Shown here piece by piece: positions 51,101 through 58,976 of a stretch of DNA of 64,000 nucleotides (position 1 is the stretch's first letter; every line of letters starts with the position of its first letter). Source of the DNA: Usitatibacteraceae bacterium (lineage in GTDB: Bacteria; Pseudomonadota; Gammaproteobacteria; Burkholderiales; Usitatibacteraceae); contig DASWEY010000019.1 of assembly GCA_036394575.1 (NCBI GenBank), positions 40,579 through 104,578 on the forward strand, read 5' to 3'. Under the pieces are notes generated by a model. The model saw nothing but the letters and a program-made list of their open reading frames with translations. It had not been told where the DNA came from and made no database searches. The position numbers and the translations under genes are program-made.

Positions 51101-51729
51101 TCCGCCTTCATGAACTGGATGGGATGGGTCGCCACCACCGGCAGATCGCAGACACTGGCGAGATTCATCGCCTGCTGGTTGTAGGGCTCGTCGAAATCGC
51201 GCTCGGCGCGCTGCAGCTCGATGTAGAACGCATTCTGGAAATCCGCCGACCAAGCATTGGCCAGCGCCATCGCGCGCTTGGTATCGCTCTGCAACAGCGC
51301 CTGGCCGATATCGCCGAACGCCGCGCCGGACAAGGCGATCAGGCCATCCGTGGTTTTACCGCTCAGCCATTTGCGCGACACTTCGGCGCGGCCGCGCCAG
51401 GTGTTCTCGCGATAAGCGCGCGTCAGCAGCTGGCAGAGATTGAGGTAGCCGGCATCGTTGCGGCACAGCAGCAAGAGGCGCGTGGGCTGGTCGCGATTTT
51501 TTTCGTTTTCGATATACAGCTCGCAGCCGATGATCGGCTGCACGCCGCGGCCGCGCGCCATCTGGTAGAACTTGACCGCGCCGAACACATTGGCCAGATC
51601 GGTGATCGCCAGCGCCGGCAATTTATCGGCAGCCGCCTTGGCCACCGCTTCATCGATACGGACGATGGAGTCCGTGATGGAGTACTCGGTGTGGAGGCGC
51701 AGATGCGCGAAGGGAGCGGAAGGGATCAT
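48187..51729 (-). CDS. dnaE: DNA polymerase III alpha subunit
   Basis: 1180 aa. PHP N-terminus FAHLRLHTEYS, polymerase core (PDFDIDF, GLVKFDFLGL) and OB-fold C-terminus. Confidence 0.97.
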   Translation of the reverse strand: MIPSAPFAHLRLHTEYSITDSIVRIDEAVAKAAADKLPALAITDLANVFGAVKFYQMARGRGVQPIIGCELYIENEKNRDQPTRLLLLCRNDAGYLNLCQLLTRAYRENTWRGRAEVSRKWLSGKTTDGLIALSGAAFGDIGQALLQSDTKRAMALANAWSADFQNAFYIELQRAERDFDEPYNQQAMNLASVCDLPVVATHPIQFMKAEDFKAHEARVCIARGEVLGDKRRTRDFTAAQYFKSAAEMATLFADIPEALENAAEIARRCHFEFSLGKSRLPNFPTPNGETIDAYLMDSAKAGMDKRLAIGFPDAAKRAEVYPRYLERLEFEVRTIVHMGFPGYFLIVADFINWAKMNGVPVGPGRGSGAGSLVAYSLGITDLDPLEYDLLFERFLNPERVSMPDFDIDFCQEGRDRVIDYVKNKYGHESVSQIVTFGTMAAKAVIRDVGRVLGMGYNYVDQIAKLIPNQLGITLKGAIEAEPQFSERMKAEDEVAQLMELALKLEGITRNVGMHAGGVLIAPGPLTDFTPLYVADGSDSFVSQYDKDDVEAVGLVKFDFLGLTTLTILEEANKLIHERPGKQPNGRPNSEFDLTTIPLDDKKAYEIFAKGNTVAIFQFESRGMRDLLVKSKPSRLDDLTALNALYRPGPMDLIPQYIKYKNGSEAVTFLDERVRPILSPTCGIMIYQEQVMQIAQVIGGYSLGGADLLRRAMGKKKPEEMAKHRGIFGEGAQKNGVTAKVAKELFDFMEKFAGYGFNKSHSAAYSLVAYQTAYLKAHYTAEFMAANMSGVMDFTDKVQMVFDDTKANGITVLAPDINQGTYRFKPVDEKTVRYGLGAVKGTGASAIESIVGVRIAGGPFKDLLDFVRRIDRSKVNRRAIEALICAGAFDAIEPNRATLITALPKAIEMAEKAERDAQQVSLFGEATGGSMDVLELVQVHAWSERDRLNAEKKALGFYLSGHPFTSYEREIRQFAKTRLIDLQAKNEPVMLAGILYEQRVRNGKRGRMCVITLDDGTARVEAVIYNEVFDKKRAMLVDDQPLIIRGKVSVDDFSGGLRVIVDELLSIDEARKHVRMMTLSMNGQADSEKLRRILSPHLAPNQPGSCAIFIHYNNGTGEVDVPLPENWRVRISEPLIQSLQEWLTPDNVELKYDTSNMLPPPQRDWRDRYQQGGFSGGGGDY

Positions 51730-51880
51730 TGCAGGCCGTCAGAATCAGGGTGGAATTTTAACACCCTGTCGAATCGGCACTCGCCCGATGGATACCTTAT
51801 TTGCGACGGCATTGCCGCGAACGCGGCGATGAAAACGAGCGCGACGACAGGCTGCCGTAGCACCTGGGCAGGCAACCGGG

Positions 51881-52630
51881 CTAGGCGGACTGCAGGCCCA
51901 AATTGAAAGTGGCCACATAGGCTGCGCCCTCTTTCATGGCGGTAAGCATCAACTCGCTGCCGCCGCTGCGAAAGATGCCGTCGCGCTCATTGCGCCGGTC
52001 CCGCCGGCCCTTGGCGGCATAAGGCGCCTGCGCGAAAACCTGGTCGCTGAGCGCATCGTCGAAGTACAACTGCGAGGTAAATTCGCGGATCTTGCCGGCG
52101 GCCGCGCCGGCGCGCACCTTGAAATGGATGTGCACGGTCCTGCCGGGATACCAGCCGGGATAGATGGTGATAAAGCTGGCCGCGCCGTTCCGGTCGGTCA
52201 GCTGGTAGCCGCGCAGGAATTTCTTGCCGCGGGTGTCGGTGCCGTCGTCATTGACATCCGAATACACGCCCAGCGCATCGCAGTGCCATATATCGACCAT
52301 GACTCCTGCGAGGGGCGCGCAGCTGCCGCCATCGACGCGGGACACATTGAAGATCAGGCGCAGCTCGGCGCCGGCCTTCAGCGTGCCGTCGCCCGGATCG
52401 GCGCGGATGTCGCTGCGATTGAGTTTCTCGTCGACGAAATAAGGGCCCTCGGTCTGCGCCGGCTTCACCACACAGGATGGCATCGGCGTTCCCGATGTTG
52501 CAGCCCCACCCAAGGCTTGCCGCGGCGCACCGAGCAAGGTTAGGGCCGCGGAGGTGCCGATCAGGCCAAGCAGTTCGCGGCGGTCGATATTGGCGAGGCG
52601 GCTTTTCTCCGTTTCATTGCTGTTGCTCAT
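51881..52630 (-). CDS. Tat-exported intradiol ring-cleavage dioxygenase-like protein
   Basis: 249 aa. Twin-arginine signal DRRELLGLIGTSAA. TEGPYFVDE...IWHCDALGVYS...YPGWYPGRTVHIHFKV. Confidence 0.8.
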   Translation of the reverse strand: MSNSNETEKSRLANIDRRELLGLIGTSAALTLLGAPRQALGGAATSGTPMPSCVVKPAQTEGPYFVDEKLNRSDIRADPGDGTLKAGAELRLIFNVSRVDGGSCAPLAGVMVDIWHCDALGVYSDVNDDGTDTRGKKFLRGYQLTDRNGAASFITIYPGWYPGRTVHIHFKVRAGAAAGKIREFTSQLYFDDALSDQVFAQAPYAAKGRRDRRNERDGIFRSGGSELMLTAMKEGAAYVATFNLGLQSA

Positions 52631-52679
52631 CTGCCCTCCTCAACCGGGATTGCAACACAAGATCGGTCTCACGTCGGGA

Positions 52680-53594
52680 TTACTTTACGCTTTCCGCGCC
52701 GGACATGTCATTGCGCCGGCAATGCGCCGCAATCTCTTCGACCAAACGTGCATGCAGGCCGACAGGCAGATCATGACCCATGCCGGGGATTACCGACAAT
52801 TTGGCCTGGGGGATCACGCGGGCAGTATCGATGCCGGCGGCCACCGGCAACAGGGGATCGTTCTGGCCGTGAATCACCAGCGTCGGCGCGGTAATCGTTT
52901 TCAGCACGCGACTGCGATCGCCGCTTGCGGCAACGGCGACCAGTTGACGGGCGACGCCCTGCGGGTAGTTGCTGCGCAGCACATGGCGTTCGCACATGGC
53001 GTCGAGCACGGCATCGTCTTCGGGAAAACCGGGGCTGCCGATGACGCGCAGCACTTTTTTCATGCGTGCAATGGCGCCGGGAATATCGCCGCGCCTGGCG
53101 GGCGGCGCCAGCAGGGCATTGCGCGCTTTCCACGTCGGCCCCGGCAGGCTGCGGCGGCCGGTGGTCGACATGATCGAGGTGAGGCTCTGTACCTTGTGCG
53201 GAAAATGCGCGGCGAGATTCTGCGCGATCATGCCGCCCATCGAGGCGCCGACCACATGCGCGCGGGCGATGCCCAGCGCGTCCAGCAGGCCGGCGGCGTC
53301 ACGGCTCATATCGTCGATGTAATACGGCGACTTCATCGGCAGGCGCAGCATGTATTTGGCGAATTCCAGCGGCACATTCGGCATGCCGGCCTGCCCGAAC
53401 TTGGTGGAGAGGCCGACATCGCGGTTGTCGAAGCGGATCACGCGAAAACCGCGCGCGGCCAGCAATACGCAAAAAGGATCGGGCCAGGCGATCATCTGCA
53501 TGCCCAGACCCATGATCAGCAGCAGGGGCAGCGCCGTGGCATCGCCGATAATTTCGTATTCGAGCTGGAGGCCGTTGACCTGAACCGACGACAT
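52680..53594 (-). CDS. Alpha/beta-fold hydrolase
   Basis: 304 aa. Nucleophile elbow VGASMGG. C-terminal IPGMGHDLP. Confidence 0.85.
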   Translation of the reverse strand: MSSVQVNGLQLEYEIIGDATALPLLLIMGLGMQMIAWPDPFCVLLAARGFRVIRFDNRDVGLSTKFGQAGMPNVPLEFAKYMLRLPMKSPYYIDDMSRDAAGLLDALGIARAHVVGASMGGMIAQNLAAHFPHKVQSLTSIMSTTGRRSLPGPTWKARNALLAPPARRGDIPGAIARMKKVLRVIGSPGFPEDDAVLDAMCERHVLRSNYPQGVARQLVAVAASGDRSRVLKTITAPTLVIHGQNDPLLPVAAGIDTARVIPQAKLSVIPGMGHDLPVGLHARLVEEIAAHCRRNDMSGAESVK

Positions 53595-53596
53595 CC

Positions 53597-54415
53597 TTAA
53601 TCCCGATCCGGGTCGCGATAGAAATACTGGCGCCAGCCGAGGCGGTGGAATTTTTCCCAGGCGCCCGGGCGCTGCGCAAGACGGTCGGCGACGGCGTACA
53701 GCGCGGTCGGGTTCATGCCCATGCCGACATGGCTGGCGACGACTTCGATGTTCTCGGTGTGCTTCGCCTCTTTCTGCTTGCTGAGCGGCCAGGACACCAC
53801 GCCGTCGGTACGGCTGAAGATCGACGTGGTGGGGACCGGCGGCGCCTCGGCGATCTGCGCCAGCATCGCCGCATCGTCGAGCTTGTGGCCGCTGGCGAAT
53901 TCATACAGGCGCCAGGCATTGGTCGCCTTCGGATTGCCCGCGAACGGCGTGCCCAGGGTGATGACGCTGCGCACATGATCGGGCAGGGCCTTGGCGAATT
54001 CGCGCGCATAAATGCCGCCGAGGCTCCAGCCGATCAGGCTGACTTTCCGTTTCGATTTGCGATGGATTTCGGCGACGCGTTCCAGGCTTTTTTCGAGCAC
54101 GCCTTCGCGCGGCCCGAAGTTGAAGCCGAGGTCCCAGCCATAGGTTTCGTAACCCTGCGCCGACAGGAAATTGCGCAAGGGCACGGTGGAAAAATCCCCC
54201 GCGCCCAGGCCGGGAAATACGATCACCGCATGGCCGTCGCCGGCAGGCGCGCTTTTCAGCAGGGGCCAGGCCGCCAGGGTCGCCCCCAGTTCCCAGGGTG
54301 CGCGGCCTTCCAGCGCCAGCAACATTGCGCCAGGCGCCTGCAATTTTTCCAGAACTTCCGCCATCGAATCTCCCTTCGGTTTCCTGCCGCGCCCGGAGCG
54401 CTTTGCTTCAGCCAT
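53597..54415 (-). CDS. Alpha/beta-fold hydrolase (esterase/lipase-like)
   Basis: 272 aa. Nucleophile elbow IGWSLGG. 2-nt gap to the downstream hydrolase gene. Confidence 0.8.
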   Translation of the reverse strand: MAEAKRSGRGRKPKGDSMAEVLEKLQAPGAMLLALEGRAPWELGATLAAWPLLKSAPAGDGHAVIVFPGLGAGDFSTVPLRNFLSAQGYETYGWDLGFNFGPREGVLEKSLERVAEIHRKSKRKVSLIGWSLGGIYAREFAKALPDHVRSVITLGTPFAGNPKATNAWRLYEFASGHKLDDAAMLAQIAEAPPVPTTSIFSRTDGVVSWPLSKQKEAKHTENIEVVASHVGMGMNPTALYAVADRLAQRPGAWEKFHRLGWRQYFYRDPDRD

Positions 54416-54443
54416 TCATATCACCCACAAATTTTGAGTCTGT

Positions 54444-54529
54444 GTCGTCCCAGCGGAGGCTGGGACCCAGTCCAATCCTTGATTTTGAAATACGGAGGAC
54501 TGGATTCCAGCCTCCGCTGGAATGACGAC
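54444..54529. repeat. Inverted doublet of family-2 REP hairpins (REPIN-like)
   Basis: GTCGTCCCAGCGGAGGCTGGGACCCAGTCC (54444-54473), a 23-nt spacer, then GGACTGGATTCCAGCCTCCGCTGGAATGACGAC (54497-54529). The two units are reverse complements of each other. Confidence 0.7.
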
Positions 54530-54576
54530 AAATTGCCGATTTGCTGCAAGCATTGCGTTTTCGATATGCCACGCTG

Positions 54577-56181
54577 TCATCGCGATGATAATGCGGAAGC
54601 CCGGCGTTTTACCGCAACGGGCTTTTTTGCAACTCGTGCGCCTGGCTTACCCGCTGCCGTTTTTTTTGCAGGCGATTTTTTTACCTTCGGCGCTTCCTCC
54701 GCCGGCAACGCCAGCGCCAGCAATTCGCGATGCGCCGCCTCGACATGCCTGACGAAGGCGGACAGCCGCGGCATTTCGTTTTTGGCGGCGATGAAGCCGT
54801 AATCGAGCGAGCCCGCATAGGACTGGATGGTGATGTTCAGCGCCAGCCCGTGGGTGACGATCGACACCGGAAAATGCGCCGTCATCTCAGCGCCGGCCAT
54901 ATACAAGGTCATCGGCGGGCCCGGCACATTGGAGATCACTACATTGGCCACGACCGGAATGCGATTGCTGGCCACTGCGCTCTTGTACAGCGGTGTGATC
55001 AGGCTCATCAGCCAGGGAATGCCGAGTGTGGGCAAATCGTCGGTGACGGTCGTCATCGCGCCCTTCATGCCGCCGGTGAGCTTTTTGGCAGCGCTGCTGG
55101 CCTCGCGAATCGCGGCCATGCGCTTGGCCGGATCGGCGATGTTGGTGGCCATGTTCACCAGCATCATCGTCACCTGGTTATTGGCGCTGGTATCGCCCGG
55201 TGCGCGCAGGCTGACGGGCACGGCCGCGATCATCGCCTTGGTTAAAGTTGCCTTGTCGCCCGCGAAATGATGGCGCAGCGCAGCCGCCACCGTGGCCAGC
55301 ACCACATCGTTGAGCTTCACGTCGAAATGTTTCGCGATCAGCTTGGCCTCATCGAGCGGAATGCGCGCGGTGGCGAAGGCGCGCCTGCCGCCGATGGCGA
55401 CATTGAGCGCCGTGCGCGGGCCGAGCTTGATTCCCGTTTTGCCACCTGCCGGCAATAATTTTTTGACGGCCTGCAACGGCGTGTCGCCCGGTTTCAATTT
55501 GGCGACGCCACCCGCGAACGCCGCCAGATTGGCGATGCCCGCCAGTTGTTCGGTGGGTGCGCCGGCCTTTCTCGCCTGGCTGCTGGACAATGCGCCGGCG
55601 GCCAGGCTGCCGAGCGATTTCATGGCGCCGGGCACGGCCGACAACAGTTTTCCATACTGCGCCACGCTGTTGCGAAACGCGGCCGAGAGCATTTTGGCAG
55701 CCGAGAGCGGCAGCGCCGATTTGATTTCCCGCTCCTTTGCATGCGCCGTCCTGGCGACCGGTTTCGGGTCGATATCAAGCACCGCCTGCGCCAGCGCCAC
55801 CCCGCCCTGGCCGTCGAGCCCGGCATGATGAATGCGCGAGGTGAAGGCGACCTCGCCGCTGGCGAGGCCTTCGATCACGGTGAACTGCCACAGCGGACGA
55901 TCACGATCGAGCATCCCTTCATGCAGCCTGGCCACCGCCGCTTCAAGCTGCGCCATGCTGCCGGGCCTAGGCAAGGTCATCGCGCGGATATGCCAATCCA
56001 GATCGGGATGGTCCTCGCGCACCCAGACCGGGTTGGCGAGATCGAAGGGCATGAAGGCCAGCTTGCGCGTGAACAGCGGCGCCAGGTGCAGGCGCGATTC
56101 GAGATGGCGGCGGATGACCGGATAAAAGCTGCCGCGATGTCGCGCCGGCTTCCTGAACAGGATCAGGCTGCCGACATGCAT
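54577..56181 (-). CDS. Wax ester synthase/diacylglycerol acyltransferase (WS/DGAT); conserved N-terminus extends upstream of the first ATG
   Basis: ORF track 534 aa. Active-site HHAGLDG. The family-typical N-terminus (IQHLSALDALFLYLETPETP) is encoded in frame at 56182-56241 without an ATG, GTG or TTG (see findings). Confidence 0.85.
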   Translation of the reverse strand: MHVGSLILFRKPARHRGSFYPVIRRHLESRLHLAPLFTRKLAFMPFDLANPVWVREDHPDLDWHIRAMTLPRPGSMAQLEAAVARLHEGMLDRDRPLWQFTVIEGLASGEVAFTSRIHHAGLDGQGGVALAQAVLDIDPKPVARTAHAKEREIKSALPLSAAKMLSAAFRNSVAQYGKLLSAVPGAMKSLGSLAAGALSSSQARKAGAPTEQLAGIANLAAFAGGVAKLKPGDTPLQAVKKLLPAGGKTGIKLGPRTALNVAIGGRRAFATARIPLDEAKLIAKHFDVKLNDVVLATVAAALRHHFAGDKATLTKAMIAAVPVSLRAPGDTSANNQVTMMLVNMATNIADPAKRMAAIREASSAAKKLTGGMKGAMTTVTDDLPTLGIPWLMSLITPLYKSAVASNRIPVVANVVISNVPGPPMTLYMAGAEMTAHFPVSIVTHGLALNITIQSYAGSLDYGFIAAKNEMPRLSAFVRHVEAAHRELLALALPAEEAPKVKKSPAKKTAAGKPGARVAKKPVAVKRRASALSSR

Positions 56182-56312
56182 CGGCGTTTCCGGCGTCTCC
56201 AGATACAGGAACAGGGCGTCCAGCGCGCTCAGGTGTTGGATGTTGTTCTCCTCGTGCGGCGCGTTTTTTGCAGACTGCTTGCAGACTGCTGTTGGAACGG
56301 CTTACGCCGGTT

Positions 56313-56843
<531 letters not shown>

Positions 56844-56847
56844 TCAA

Positions 56848-56925
56848 ACTCAAGCATTGGTGCGCCTTTTCAGCCATTTTTGCCCCGAAGTGCGCGCCAA
56901 TGCTTGGGTTTGCCATTTGGGAACT
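56848..56925 (+). repeat. Family-1 repeat, copy 11 (T-loop form, both arms of the CCAATGC type)
   Basis: ctcaAGCATTGGTGCGCCttttcagcCATTTTTGccccgaagtGCGCGCCAATGCTTGGGtttgccatttgg. Confidence 0.7.
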
Positions 56926-57040
56926 TCTCAAAACCGTCGCGAGCGGTCCAAGGTCGCGGCGAGGAGCGGAAGCGTACGAAGAGTACGCTGAACACCGGCG
57001 CCGCGAGGTTGGTCCGCGCAGTAGGTTTTTAGAAGTTCCC
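56919..57040. repeat. MITE-like nested palindrome bounded by near-perfect 17-nt inverted repeats
   Basis: GGGAACTTCTCAAAACC (56919-56935) and GGTTTTTAGAAGTTCCC (57024-57040), 16 of 17 complementary. The interior has nested arms gcggtccaaggtcgcggcg / cgccgcgaggttggtccgc and a central agcgtacgaagagtacgct hairpin. Confidence 0.6.
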
Positions 57041-57081
57041 ATTTTGGATGACCGCGTTGGCGGCGCCACTATTGCCCGGAG

Positions 57082-57471
57082 TCATGCCGTAATATACGCG
57101 TCGGCCTCGATTTCGACGAGATGATCAAGGTCGATCAGGCGCGACACCTCGACCATGGTCGAGGCCGGCCGGATCTTGCCGAAGTACTCGCCGTGCACAC
57201 GGCCGACCGCTTCCCAGTTGGCGATATCGGTGACAAACATGCGGGTGCGCACCACATCGTTCAACGAGGCGCCGGCCTGCAGCAGGGCCGCCTCGATCTT
57301 TTCCAGCACGAAGCGCGCCTGCCGGGCGGCATCGCCCTTGCCCACCACCTGCCCATTGGCGTCGGTGGCGGTGGTGCCGGCCACAAACACATGCCGGTCC
57401 ACGCGCACGGCCCGCGAATAACCGACGATCGGCTCCCAGACGGCGCCGGAGGAAATGTTCTTGCGGCTCAT
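57082..57471 (-). CDS. RidA/YjgF-family protein
   Basis: Within ORF 57082..57570. Likely start M34 (MSRKNISSGAVWEPIVGYSRAVRV...RTRMFVTDI...PASTMVEVSRL). Confidence 0.8.
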   Translation of the reverse strand: MSRKNISSGAVWEPIVGYSRAVRVDRHVFVAGTTATDANGQVVGKGDAARQARFVLEKIEAALLQAGASLNDVVRTRMFVTDIANWEAVGRVHGEYFGKIRPASTMVEVSRLIDLDHLVEIEADAYITA

Positions 57472-57683
57472 ATCAATATCGCTCGCCTCCAGGAGAGTTG
57501 GTTCGTCGGCGCGCAGACGAACTTGATGGCCGCCGCCTATTCTGTGCAAGTGGCCGTACTGCGAATACACTTATGATACCTGCGCGCGGTGCCCAGCCGA
57601 AACCGGCTTTCGAATGGCCTCGCTGCTGGACGGCGTCGCAAGCTGAGCCGCCGGCCGCCATCGCAACCACCCTGGAGCTGCAT

Positions 57684-58553
57684 ATGGTCAGACTCAAGTT
57701 ATCGATAACGCTCCGATATGAAATCGCCAACCAAGCCAGCGATTTCATTTTCAATATCCACGCCGCCCAGACCGCGCATCAACAGGTGGTCACTGAAAGC
57801 CTGGATATCAACCAGGCGCTGACGCCGCTAATCTATGCCGATACCGCGACGGGCACACGCTTCATGCGCCTCAAGGCCGAGCCCGGACCGCTGACCCTGC
57901 GCTACCGCGCGACCGTGGACATCGAACATCATGCGGAATCGCCGGCGCGCATCGAGGAAACCGCGATTTCACGGCTGCCGCCTTCGGTGCTGCCTTATAT
58001 CTACCCCAGCCGCTACTGTCAGTCGGACCGTTTGCGGCGCTTTGCCACCCGCGAGTTCGGCCATTTGCGCCAGGGATACCAGCGGGTGCAGGCGATCCAC
58101 GACTGGGTGCGTGCGCATACCACCTTCACGCCGGGCAGTTCAAATGTCAGCACCTCGGCGATCGATACCCTGATCGACCAGGTCGGCGTCTGCCGCGAAT
58201 TCGCACATTTGATGATTGCCCTGTGCCGGGCCGTGAATATTCCCGCCCGCTTCATCACCGGCATCGATTACGGCGCCGACCCGGCCCTGGGGCCCACCGA
58301 TTTTCACGCCTACGTGGAAGCGTTTCTCGGCGACCGCTGGTACCTGTTCGACCCCACCGGGGTGTCGCCGCCGATGGGCCTGGTGCGCATCGGCACCGGG
58401 CGCGACGCGGCCGATGTCTCGTTTGCCACCATGTTCGGCGCGGTGACCTCCTCGGCGCCCTCGATCCAGATCGAGGCGGTGAACGACCCGGCCAATGGCT
58501 TCGTCCAGCCTTGGCTGTGTGCGGATGCGCTGTCGTCGATGTCCGACGGCTGA
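57684..58553 (+). CDS. Transglutaminase-family protein
   Basis: Within ORF 57498..58553. Start M63 (MVRLKLSITLRYE). Cys-His-Asp core motifs GVCREFAH, DFHAYVE, LFDPTG. Confidence 0.85.
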   Translation: MVRLKLSITLRYEIANQASDFIFNIHAAQTAHQQVVTESLDINQALTPLIYADTATGTRFMRLKAEPGPLTLRYRATVDIEHHAESPARIEETAISRLPPSVLPYIYPSRYCQSDRLRRFATREFGHLRQGYQRVQAIHDWVRAHTTFTPGSSNVSTSAIDTLIDQVGVCREFAHLMIALCRAVNIPARFITGIDYGADPALGPTDFHAYVEAFLGDRWYLFDPTGVSPPMGLVRIGTGRDAADVSFATMFGAVTSSAPSIQIEAVNDPANGFVQPWLCADALSSMSDG

Positions 58554-58566
58554 GCCTTTTTCTACT

Positions 58567-58780
58567 ATGTGCGCTGACAGACAGACCGCCTTGGGGACAG
58601 GCCCCAAGCTCTCCGTCCGGGAATAGCGACAGCGGTGCCAGCACCCTGCCGGCTTCCAATAACCAGATCGACGTGATTGCCGGCAAGATCCAGGAATCGT
58701 ACGGCATCACCAAAGACGATGCCGAGGTCCAGATCAACGACTGGCAGAAGCGCATGAAGGAATTGAACAACAACCAATGA
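58567..58780 (+). pseudogene. Possible degraded CsbD-like gene
   Basis: The 3' frame ending at 58780 encodes IDVIAGKIQESYGITKDDAEVQINDWQKRMKELNNNQ, which resembles CsbD C-termini but seems to lack about 7 residues after IAGK. That frame has no in-frame ATG. The only ATG (58567) is in another frame and stops after 19 codons. Confidence 0.3.
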
Positions 58781-58891
58781 TTCTGCCGCACAAGGGCGCA
58801 ATCGCCGGCGATGCCAAGGCCAATTGCCTTACACAGGCCAAAACGCGTTTCGGCAAATAAATAATAATTGGCCGGGCAAGCCATCCAGTTA

Positions 58892-58922
58892 GATCAGAGG
58901 CGCCTTTGGGCGCCTCTGATCA
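58892..58922 (+). terminator. Strong hairpin terminator
   Basis: GATCAGAGGCGCCtttgGGCGCCTCTGATCattt. 13-bp perfect stem. Confidence 0.6.
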
Positions 58923-58976
58923 TTTCCGGGGCCACGCGGTGCATATGCAATAATCCTCGCAAACAAACAGGGGGAA

